Positions 42,493-50,808 of a stretch of DNA of 64,000 bases are shown in pieces. The notes below the pieces were generated by a model that searched no databases, was not told where the DNA came from, and worked only from the letters and a program-made list of their open reading frames with translations. The position numbers were made by a program, and so were the translations under genes. How positions within the stretch are numbered: position 1 is the first letter of the stretch; every line of letters begins with the position of its first letter. Source of the stretch: an uncultured Chloroflexia bacterium (GTDB lineage: Bacteria; Chloroflexota; Chloroflexia; QHBQ01; JADMIH01); NCBI GenBank assembly GCA_963797095.1, contig CAWCNY010000004.1, positions 384,001 to 448,000 of the forward strand, read 5' to 3'.

Positions 42493-45069
42493 ATGGCTAC
42501 CACACATCAGATCCAGGCAAAATGGCAACAACTATTCGATACAGGCATCGACCTGGGAGAAGCGGTCGGTCTTGAGCAGGACGCGGGCTTCGATAGCCGT
42601 TACCAGCAATACGAGGGGGGCCGGATCTACCACCACAACGAGATCGGCACCTTCGCAGTGAGAAGCCCCATTCTTGACAAGTACATCGAGATGGGCGCGT
42701 CACGCGCCGATCCGCAAACGGGAGTGCGTGAGCTAGGTTTTCCAACTTCCGACGAAACCCGCACCGAAGATGGACTTTACCCGGCGCAGTATTTCGAGGG
42801 TGGGGCCATCATCTGGATGAGGGGTGTGGGTGGCATATGCATCTACGGCGATATTTACCAGGAATGGAGGAGGGCCGGCGGCGAGATCGGTGAGTGGGGC
42901 TATCCGGTTTCGGACCCAATCGCGGTCGAGGGCGGGCAGGTGGTGTACTTCGAGCGGGGGTGCATGTGGCAGGAAACGGCCACTCGCGAAATCGTCCATT
43001 GCAGGCTCTATCCGCCTCTGCTCGGCAGACCGCAACTCATCGACCCTGAGGAGGAAGTACACTTCGACAACATACTGATCTGGGAGGTGCCTGGCGACTC
43101 GCTTAGCAGGTTGGAGAGCGAGCACCGCGATTTGTTTGAGCAGGTTTGGACGAACAACCTGTTGCTCAGGCCGGTGGTGGCTACGGGGGATCAGATCGCG
43201 GCGGTGCCCCTCACTCCGCGGAGAAGCGCCAACTCAAGAGAGGGGTTCTTGCACCTCGACCTGGTGGCCGACCCGGATAGCACAAAGGATCGCACACTTT
43301 ACAACATCTCCCTACACCTGCCTCGCCACCAACCTTATGACCTTGCCCCACACTCTGTATATGCCAAAGCTTTGTGGGACAACTTCGGGATCATCCACGC
43401 AACGGACCTCCACCTGAGCCGCCGCGTTGAAGACTTCCGTCGAAAGCTGAGGGAGCTAGGGTTGGAGAATGCCGTCGAGCAGTACAACTGCTTCAACGAC
43501 AACTTCCGCGACATGGTGCATTATGCCAACTACCTGTACGACTCCGGCAAACTTGACCTCATTTTGATCACCGGCGATGTGACCGACTATATCTTCGAGA
43601 AGGACGACAACCAGCAAGGGGGCGGCAACTTCTACTTCTTTGAGCAGTTGGTGCGCGGCTTGTGGGTCTCGCCTACCGACGAGCCTGGCGAGGAATTGCG
43701 GGTGCCTGTGTTCACCATACTCGGCAACCACGACTACAGGCCCAACGGCTATGACCTGCTGTGCGACCTCGACCTGGGCGACGAAGGGCGTTGGGACTGG
43801 TGGCCCGACTGGCTCTACACGCCCGCCAAGAGCAAGAACATCAACGGCTATGCGGCGCACAACCTGACACTTGAAGAGTCCCTGGCATTGCAAGGTGGGC
43901 ACAAAGAGCAACTAGACTCGGAGGCCGCGTATGATATGGTGAGGGTCGATCCTAAGGCTCTCAGGTATTACCACGAGCGCATCAACGACAAGCTCTCATA
44001 TACATTTCAGCTTGGTAGGCATCGCGTGGTCATGATCGACAGCAGGTGGGAGTTAGGGATCGTGGAGGGCACCTTCCGCGACTATTTGAGACTGGCGCTC
44101 AACAGCTTCGATGAAGACGCGCGCAACTGGCTGGCCCAACATCCGAATTGCATGGGCTTCGAAGACAACGAGTTGCAAATGGTAAAGGACACCCTGGAGG
44201 CAATAGACAGGGACGCACTGGTGATAGTGGGCGTGCACGCGCCCCCGATCAACCCAAGCGGCGACGAATGGCCCCACTACTTCCGCGAAACCCTGCACTC
44301 GGCTGCCAACGAATATGAAACGCTCGGATATCTGCTGAGGCGCGACCGCAAGGCGTTCGCCCACAGGCGATGGAGAGGCCCGACTGTCGATCCTTCGCAG
44401 GTGTACCCCGACTGGATCCGCACCGGCACGCCCTACTTCAAGCAGGGCGGTATCGGTGACTTGCTCGATTACGGGATCGCCAGGGGCAGCACAGAGGACT
44501 TTCTGGAGATGTGTGTCGGGCAGGGTGTGCCCAGGAAGGTTGACCTGGTGCTGTGCGGGCATATACATACGAATGTAGAATACAGGCTTGAATGGGACGC
44601 CGAAAAGCGATTCCTCTTCTTCACCGACTTTTATACCGAGAACCCCAATACATACTATCCAACACTGAGCAGTCTCGATCCGATTACGGGCGAATATAGA
44701 TCTGGCGGGATCCCAGCGGCGAAAGTGCAAATCGAGGTGAAAGAAGACGCGCCGCCGGACGCTGCACCTGAGATAATAGGTGAAGGACACGCCAGGCTGG
44801 TGGTGCCTCCGTATGAGGAACCGCTTATCTCGACCGGCAACCCGCGCGGTTGGTGGGACCAGCACCGGCCTTTGATCATACAGACCGCTTCACTTGGGTC
44901 AATGGACCGCGACCAGCGCGAGGAGTTCCCAAGCCCGTCGTTCCAGGGGTTCAGGGTGATATCCGTCGAGAACGACGTTATCACGAATGTTCACTATGTA
45001 ACCCTCACCGCGCTGAGGCGGCGCGACACACCAATACCCACTACGCTGCTGCCCGATCCACCCACATAA
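42493..45069 (+). CDS. LGFP-repeat plus calcineurin-like metallophosphoesterase
   Basis: LGFPTSDE and WGYPVSD repeats; TDLH, TGD, GNHD, VHAPP and CGHIH motifs. Confidence 0.8.
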   Translation: MATTHQIQAKWQQLFDTGIDLGEAVGLEQDAGFDSRYQQYEGGRIYHHNEIGTFAVRSPILDKYIEMGASRADPQTGVRELGFPTSDETRTEDGLYPAQYFEGGAIIWMRGVGGICIYGDIYQEWRRAGGEIGEWGYPVSDPIAVEGGQVVYFERGCMWQETATREIVHCRLYPPLLGRPQLIDPEEEVHFDNILIWEVPGDSLSRLESEHRDLFEQVWTNNLLLRPVVATGDQIAAVPLTPRRSANSREGFLHLDLVADPDSTKDRTLYNISLHLPRHQPYDLAPHSVYAKALWDNFGIIHATDLHLSRRVEDFRRKLRELGLENAVEQYNCFNDNFRDMVHYANYLYDSGKLDLILITGDVTDYIFEKDDNQQGGGNFYFFEQLVRGLWVSPTDEPGEELRVPVFTILGNHDYRPNGYDLLCDLDLGDEGRWDWWPDWLYTPAKSKNINGYAAHNLTLEESLALQGGHKEQLDSEAAYDMVRVDPKALRYYHERINDKLSYTFQLGRHRVVMIDSRWELGIVEGTFRDYLRLALNSFDEDARNWLAQHPNCMGFEDNELQMVKDTLEAIDRDALVIVGVHAPPINPSGDEWPHYFRETLHSAANEYETLGYLLRRDRKAFAHRRWRGPTVDPSQVYPDWIRTGTPYFKQGGIGDLLDYGIARGSTEDFLEMCVGQGVPRKVDLVLCGHIHTNVEYRLEWDAEKRFLFFTDFYTENPNTYYPTLSSLDPITGEYRSGGIPAAKVQIEVKEDAPPDAAPEIIGEGHARLVVPPYEEPLISTGNPRGWWDQHRPLIIQTASLGSMDRDQREEFPSPSFQGFRVISVENDVITNVHYVTLTALRRRDTPIPTTLLPDPPT

Positions 45070-45078
45070 TAAAGGAAA

Positions 45079-46035
45079 CTAGAGGCCGAGCAGCCGGGTC
45101 AATATGCCGGTTTCATCAACAGGCTCGGCTTTTTCCCCATCTTCCGGAGCAGCCTCGGCAACAGGTTCAACGGCGTTCACACCGTCGTCGGGGGCAGCAT
45201 TGATTCGCTGGTAGTCGAGGGTGAGACGCCCGGCGACGAAATCTGCCACCTCGCGATTATCCCAATAGCCGTCGTGGGCCTTGCGCGGGTTGGCCCCCGT
45301 CTGGACCACGATATCCTCGAGAGTGAACCTGCCCTTGAACAGCACCTGGAGTGGGTAGGCTATGAGGTCTTGCGCGTCGAGGAAATTATACCAGACGCCA
45401 TCATCCGCTACCAGGGGGATGTGAGGGGCTTCAGGATCGGCATCCTTGCGGTGGCCAGTAAGCTGCCGGTCGAGGTCGAGAGTAAAGAGGGCTATGGGCG
45501 AGCCCATTGTGAAGAGGTTGGTAGGCTTGAACCCTGCTTCCTTCCATTTGTCGTTGCGATGGGCGTTTTCGTGAAGGGTGTCGAAGGCCACCACCGAGCC
45601 GAGGCTGTGGGCGATGATCGAGACGGAGTCGCCACTGCTGATATACGGCTCAATTTTGTCTACGACAAGCTTGTGTATCTCGGCGCTCCAATAGGCCGAT
45701 TTGTACACCATCACGTCGCTGACGGAGGTGATGATCTGGCGGCGTATCTTGTCGAGGCCGGCCGCGCGGTTTATGCGGCTTGAGAGGCCGTAGAGCTTTT
45801 CGGACTCTTGCTCGTAGGCGTTGAGCAGGTGGTTTTGGGCATCGTCGCCGATTTTGGAGTAGTTGACACGCTCGTAGGTGATGATCTCGGAGATTTCTTC
45901 GGCGGTCGCTCCTTCGGGTAGCACGTGGTAGTCCACCAGTTTCCTGGTTATGAGGCTGGAGAGCCTTGCGGAGAAGTCCCAGTTGATGACGGTGGGCGCG
46001 ATGCCGTGGATGAATATGACACGGAGCTTGTTCAT
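45079..46035 (-). CDS. Alpha/beta hydrolase (lipase-like)
   Basis: FIHGI, IAHSLGS, TMGSP, NFLDAQDLIAYPL and AHDGYW. Confidence 0.8.
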   Translation of the reverse strand: MNKLRVIFIHGIAPTVINWDFSARLSSLITRKLVDYHVLPEGATAEEISEIITYERVNYSKIGDDAQNHLLNAYEQESEKLYGLSSRINRAAGLDKIRRQIITSVSDVMVYKSAYWSAEIHKLVVDKIEPYISSGDSVSIIAHSLGSVVAFDTLHENAHRNDKWKEAGFKPTNLFTMGSPIALFTLDLDRQLTGHRKDADPEAPHIPLVADDGVWYNFLDAQDLIAYPLQVLFKGRFTLEDIVVQTGANPRKAHDGYWDNREVADFVAGRLTLDYQRINAAPDDGVNAVEPVAEAAPEDGEKAEPVDETGILTRLLGL

Positions 46036-46321
46036 GACGACGCCTCTCTTCGTATGAGGTAGAGGGAATGTCCATTTTGCCGATGTATCAAACTATACAC
46101 TAATGTTGGCCGATTGAAAAGGTGGGGGGCCGTCTCAATGTGAACTCATGCATAAACATCTTGCCATCAACTCCATCGTCCAGCACCCCGATCTCGACCT
46201 TGGGAAAGTCTGGATTAGGGAACTTGATGGTGTATAGTTGATATTGTATGCTGGAATCCACATCAGGACCACTTCCTTCAGAATTGTCGGCATATTACAA
46301 TTCAACGAGAGGTACATATCT

Positions 46322-48249
46322 GTGTCTATCGCCGCCCGCGTATTTGCTTATCTGTTCCTCTTGGCCTTGTCCGCCACCTCTCTCTTTATTTCTCAGACAG
46401 ATCCTGCACCTAAGTCAGACTTGATTTCCTCTACATGTGATTCCGAATGGCAAATGGCCCCAGGACCTACTGGCGTGTCTGGTTGCCACTTTGGGACGTC
46501 GATGGTATATCGAGCAGCAATGTGTGGGCGGTAGGATATCAGTTTGGCGGTGGTGGAAGCAGTCAGCCGATATTCGTACATTGGGATGGCAGCCAATGGA
46601 CCTTGGTACCAGGTGCGGTTGTCAACTGGTACAATCAGCTTCATGGAATATCGGTCATAGCAAGCGATGACGCGTGGGCCATAGGCTACAGCGGTTGTGA
46701 GGAGGGTTGTCAGAGCCACACACTGATAGAGCACTGGAACGGACACCAATGGTATGCTGGTGGTACACCCAACTTCGGCACTGGTTTCGATGCCATAGAG
46801 GGCATAGCAAGCAACGATGTGTGGGCTGTCGGTCCGCAAATAATAAATTGGGATGGGAGTGAGTGGAGTGTCGTACCCGACCCTGGTCTCGGCTCGCCTT
46901 ATCTGACAGCAATAGATGCGGTGTCTGCCAATGATGTATGGGCAGTAGGTTATTACTATGGTGGCCCAAATAGTTATCCTTCGGTAGTTTCACATTGGGA
47001 CGGCACCAGTTGGAGCCTATCGTCAGCGCCCGACGTCGGTAAGCTAGCAGGTGTGAAAGCACTTTCGACCAATGATGTCTGGGCGGTGGGCAGCGGGGAC
47101 TTCCTTCACTGGGATGGCACAGCCTGGACAGAGGTGGATAATCCTACAGGCGGTGGTTTCGAAGCTGTAGATGGCATTTCGACGGATGATGTCTGGGCTG
47201 TGGGTTATTCCTTAGTAGCTCATTGGGATGGGAGTAGGTGGAGTGAAGTACCAGGACCGGATGGTAATCATAAGACCTTGCTCGGCGTGTACGCAGCTTA
47301 GGCTGACGATGCCTGGGCAGTAGGTTGGAGCAACGATGGCGCATGGGGTTTGGAACATTATTATCCTGCGCCCTGCCCACCACCTTGTCCCTCTGAGCGA
47401 TTCACCGATGTTTGCCCAACCGACTACTTCTACCAGCACGTGCTGGACCTGAATGACCTCGGCGTGCTAGCGGGCTACAACTCCGCACCTCCTTGCGATG
47501 AGCCTGCTCACATCCCATGCTTCAAACCATACAACTTGACCACCAGAGGCCAGGTGTCGAAGATAATCGCTTTGGCCGCGGGCTTCAATGAGCCTGTTAG
47601 CGGCCAGGAGTTCGAAGATGTGCTACCCGATCATACCTTCTACCAATATGTCGAACGGATGGCATCGAGGGGCATCATCGTCGGCTATCCATGCGGTGGA
47701 CCGGGTGAGGCATGCGGCCCTGATAACTTACCCTACTTCCGTGTTGGTGCAACGGTCAATCGAGCGCAGTTAGCCAAGATGACCGCCCTCTCCTTTGGCT
47801 TCCAGGACCCTGTAAGCGGCCAAACATTCGAAGATGTGGTGCCTGTCAATCACTTCTACCCCTTCATCGAGAATCTTGCCCGCCGAGGCATTATCAATGG
47901 TTATGCGTGTGGAGGACCAGGTGAGCCGTGCATACCTCCTGGGAATAGGCCCCTCTACCGGTACGGCGATCCAATAACCCGAGGCCAGGTAGCCAAGATT
48001 CTTAATCTCGCCAGAGTGCTGTCGATACCCACTCCCACTCCCACTCCCACTGTCCCAACTGCCACGCCAACGGCTGTGGTAACGCTGACCAATACGCCTA
48101 CACCTCTGCCACCTAGCCCTACATCCCAAATCGCGACACCGACATCTGGCACACCAATTACCAATCCCACCTCAACCCCTATCACTACCACTGAACCCAA
48201 GTCGCAAACACTCGCAGTCACACCTGGAGTTGGAAGACGAGGGGCATAG
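46322..48249 (+). pseudogene. Secreted beta-propeller plus SLH-domain protein, with a frameshift near 46488 and an in-frame TAG at 47299-47301
   Basis: Signal peptide is in the frame of ORF 46238; DVWAVG..HWDG repeats are in the frame of 46447; GVYAA*ADDAWAVG reads straight on into the SLH repeats (47350-48249). Confidence 0.8.
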
Positions 48250-48275
48250 TGGGATTTGCATCTCAAAATCCATGC

Positions 48276-49265
48276 TCAATCGGTGAACTCCTGCACGAAC
48301 ATCTTCCCGTAAACCCCACCATCGAGCACCCCGATCCCGATCTTGCGGAAGCCGGGGTTCAGGATATTCGCCCTGTGGCCGGGCGAGTTCATCAGGCCGT
48401 CGTGCGCAATCTCCAGTGTGGGGGCCAGCGCCAGGTTCTCCCCGGCCAGCCTGTAGGTGATCCCCGCAGCGTCCATCCGCTGGAAGGGGTCCACCCCCTC
48501 AGGCGTCTCATGCGCGAAATACCCTCTCTGGAACATATCACGCCCGTGGTAGCGCGCCAACTCCTGCAACTGGTCGTCCATCGTCAGCGCCACAAGGCCC
48601 CTGCTCGTGCGCTCCTGGTTCACCAGGTCGAGCATCCCCTGCTCATCGTTGGGCGATACCTCCGGGTTAGCTACCGTGAACTGTAGCTGGACGCTCTCCT
48701 CACTCCCCGCGTTCTCGCCTTCCTGGGTGGGCGGCTTTATCGTGAGGAAGCCGAGCGCCTCCTGAGCCGCAGGCCCGAACACCCCCTCAAACGGCCTCTC
48801 CAGTGCCAGCGTAGCCGACACCAACCGCCCGCCTATAGGCGACTTGAGCACGTCGGTGCGAACGTTGCTCTGCGTGGGCAGCAAAGCCAGTAGCGTCAGC
48901 AGCACAGCCGCCGAGATAGCCCCCTGCAACGCCCCAGGCAGAATTGCCAGCGCCCGGTTGCTCGCGCTTTGTTGCAGCCGCCACCCGAACCCCTTTAATA
49001 TGCTGTGCTCGATAAGGGTGAACACCCCCTCCGCCACCAGCCACAACCCGACAAAGGCTATGGGCTTGCTCCACACAAGCGACCAGTCGAACTGCGTAGC
49101 CAACCATTCTGATACAGGTGGGAAGAAGGCGAATCCGATAATGAGCGACAGCGCGAATCCAAGCAACGACATCAACACGGCCACGAACCCGCGCCTCATC
49201 GCCCCATAGGCCGTGAGCCCGATTATTACCAGCGCCACCAGGTCGGGCCAGGAAAAATCAGTCAC
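48276..49265 (-). CDS. CvpA-family membrane domain fused to a CAP/SCP domain
   Basis: GAMRRGF, NRALAILPG; LVNQER, HGRDM, YFAH, GENLA and MNSPGHRANIL. Confidence 0.88.
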   Translation of the reverse strand: MTDFSWPDLVALVIIGLTAYGAMRRGFVAVLMSLLGFALSLIIGFAFFPPVSEWLATQFDWSLVWSKPIAFVGLWLVAEGVFTLIEHSILKGFGWRLQQSASNRALAILPGALQGAISAAVLLTLLALLPTQSNVRTDVLKSPIGGRLVSATLALERPFEGVFGPAAQEALGFLTIKPPTQEGENAGSEESVQLQFTVANPEVSPNDEQGMLDLVNQERTSRGLVALTMDDQLQELARYHGRDMFQRGYFAHETPEGVDPFQRMDAAGITYRLAGENLALAPTLEIAHDGLMNSPGHRANILNPGFRKIGIGVLDGGVYGKMFVQEFTD

Positions 49266-49557
49266 TCTGTACCTCGAAGTCGGTCACAACCTGCACCGCG
49301 CATGCCTCGCGGAATGGCCCAGCGAACGCCACATGCGCGGGGTGTTCCGCATACTCGTTCACCCCGTCGATGTTGTCAAAATACATCACGAAACAGTGCG
49401 AAAAACTCTGGTTGCGCCCTCCGACCACCGGGCCGTACACCACCCTCGAAAGCGAGGGCACTCGTCCCGGCAAGCCTACAAGTTCGGCCTCGATACGCGC
49501 GCGCTCCTCAGGCGGCGCGTCTTCTCGGTATGTCCACAGCATAATGTGCTGAATCAT
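49258..49557 (-). CDS. Dabb family stress-responsive alpha/beta barrel protein
   Basis: MIQHIMLW...YAEHPAH...DF; GGAGGG RBS. Confidence 0.85.
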   Translation of the reverse strand: MIQHIMLWTYREDAPPEERARIEAELVGLPGRVPSLSRVVYGPVVGGRNQSFSHCFVMYFDNIDGVNEYAEHPAHVAFAGPFREACAVQVVTDFEVQSD

Positions 49558-49868
49558 TTCCCCTCCACCGGCGCACTTCTCACCACGATCGACCTCATTA
49601 TATGGTCTGCCCGGCACGCGCACAATGTCCCAACCTCCTGATTGCGTATCGTGATGCGTGCCCCCACAACATCGTGCCGTAACCCTGTTCGTACACTATG
49701 CAGGAAGTAAAACAGCCTGCCAAGAAGATACGCAAATGATGCCGAAAGTGTAACAGTAATCCGTATTGGCCAGTAGGGCGCCCCTGAGGCTCGCATCGGC
49801 CTGCATTATGGCAAGAGCGATAAGGCGCACGAAGTAAACGACAAGGCCTCCCAGTAAGAGGGTAGGAG

Positions 49869-50099
49869 ATGGTTGCAAGATTAGACTGGCTGAACAATGG
49901 GATAGACCGTATGCTGGCCGGAAAGAGACCCCAAACACCGGCAGAGTGGGGAGCGCCTGGTAGTATTCCCCGTAAAGATATCGAAATGCTCAGGTGGGCC
50001 GCCGAGTTCAACAGCCTCAGGCAGAACGCCGCGCGCCCGAACCCGGCTTTCATTGCCGCATTAAAGGCACAGGTGCTTGCCATGGTAGAAGAGGCGTAA
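49869..50099 (+). CDS. Small hypothetical protein (76 aa)
   Basis: AGGAG immediately upstream; amphipathic helices ending in PNPAFIAALKAQV. Confidence 0.55.
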   Translation: MVARLDWLNNGIDRMLAGKRPQTPAEWGAPGSIPRKDIEMLRWAAEFNSLRQNAARPNPAFIAALKAQVLAMVEEA

Positions 50100-50135
50100 T
50101 AGATCGCAAGTCATTTGAGGAGGATAATAGGAGAG

Positions 50136-50714
50136 GTGCACAACTTTAACAGGATCATCCGGCAAATTGGCCTGCCCGCTATGCTGGTCGGGCTGCTTGG
50201 CGTGGGACTGGCGGCCTGTGGCGCCGCGCCCACCGCTACACCTGCCCCACAACCGACCGGCACAGCTGGCCCAGCAATCAGCGATCCTACCGCCACGCCG
50301 GTACATTCCCCAACCACGGCACTACAGCCCACACCTACCAACACGACCACAATGGCAGCTGATCCCGCCGCCACCACTGTTGCCATGACCGAGGACCCCG
50401 CCCCTACCGAGGCAGGCATGGAAGGCGAGGTGCAGGAAGTTCAGCTCACGATCCAGGAGTGGAAGATCACCCCTGCCACGGTCGAGATCAAGCCGGGTCC
50501 TGTCAAGTTCATCGTCACCAACATTGGCGAGTTCTCGCACAACATCACGATTGTGGGCGGCTCTGGCGTGGTCGGAGCGACACCCACCTTCGCGGCCAAC
50601 GAAAGCCCGCAAGAAATATACATAGAAGAGATGCAAGCAGGTAACTACGATATGATGTGCAGCCTCCCAGGCCACGCCTCTCTGGGGCAAAGAGGCACCA
50701 TCATCGTCAAGTAG
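50136..50714 (+). CDS. Cupredoxin-domain lipoprotein
   Basis: Lipobox LAAC, Pro/Thr linker, N..EFSHN and CSLPGHASLGQ. Confidence 0.85.
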   Translation: MHNFNRIIRQIGLPAMLVGLLGVGLAACGAAPTATPAPQPTGTAGPAISDPTATPVHSPTTALQPTPTNTTTMAADPAATTVAMTEDPAPTEAGMEGEVQEVQLTIQEWKITPATVEIKPGPVKFIVTNIGEFSHNITIVGGSGVVGATPTFAANESPQEIYIEEMQAGNYDMMCSLPGHASLGQRGTIIVK

Positions 50715-50757
50715 AGCCTACGCCTTTCACGCGCAAGGACATACCTCCCATTAGCGA

Positions 50758-50786
50758 TTGACATAACCCACCTGTTGCGGTAAGAT
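50758..50786 (+). promoter_or_regulatory. Sigma70-type promoter TTGACA-17-TAAGAT
   Basis: Close consensus match upstream of the MscS gene. Confidence 0.6.
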
Positions 50787-50808
50787 TGCTGAAATCCCTG
50801 AACGGCAG

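Noticed and set aside
47299-47301. Pyrrolysine or read-through at the in-frame TAG
   Set aside because: The position aligns with Ser in the sibling repeats (TCG>TAG is one change), the gene has a second lesion, and no pyl genes are in view.
48025-48200. CCCACT and other short repeats (also 29880-29945, 50230-50410, 56960-57270)
   Set aside because: They simply encode Pro/Thr-rich linkers.
49690-49868. Possible riboswitch upstream of the 76-aa ORF
   Set aside because: Some complementarity (ATGCAGG/CCTGCAT) but no consensus I can recognise and no terminator.
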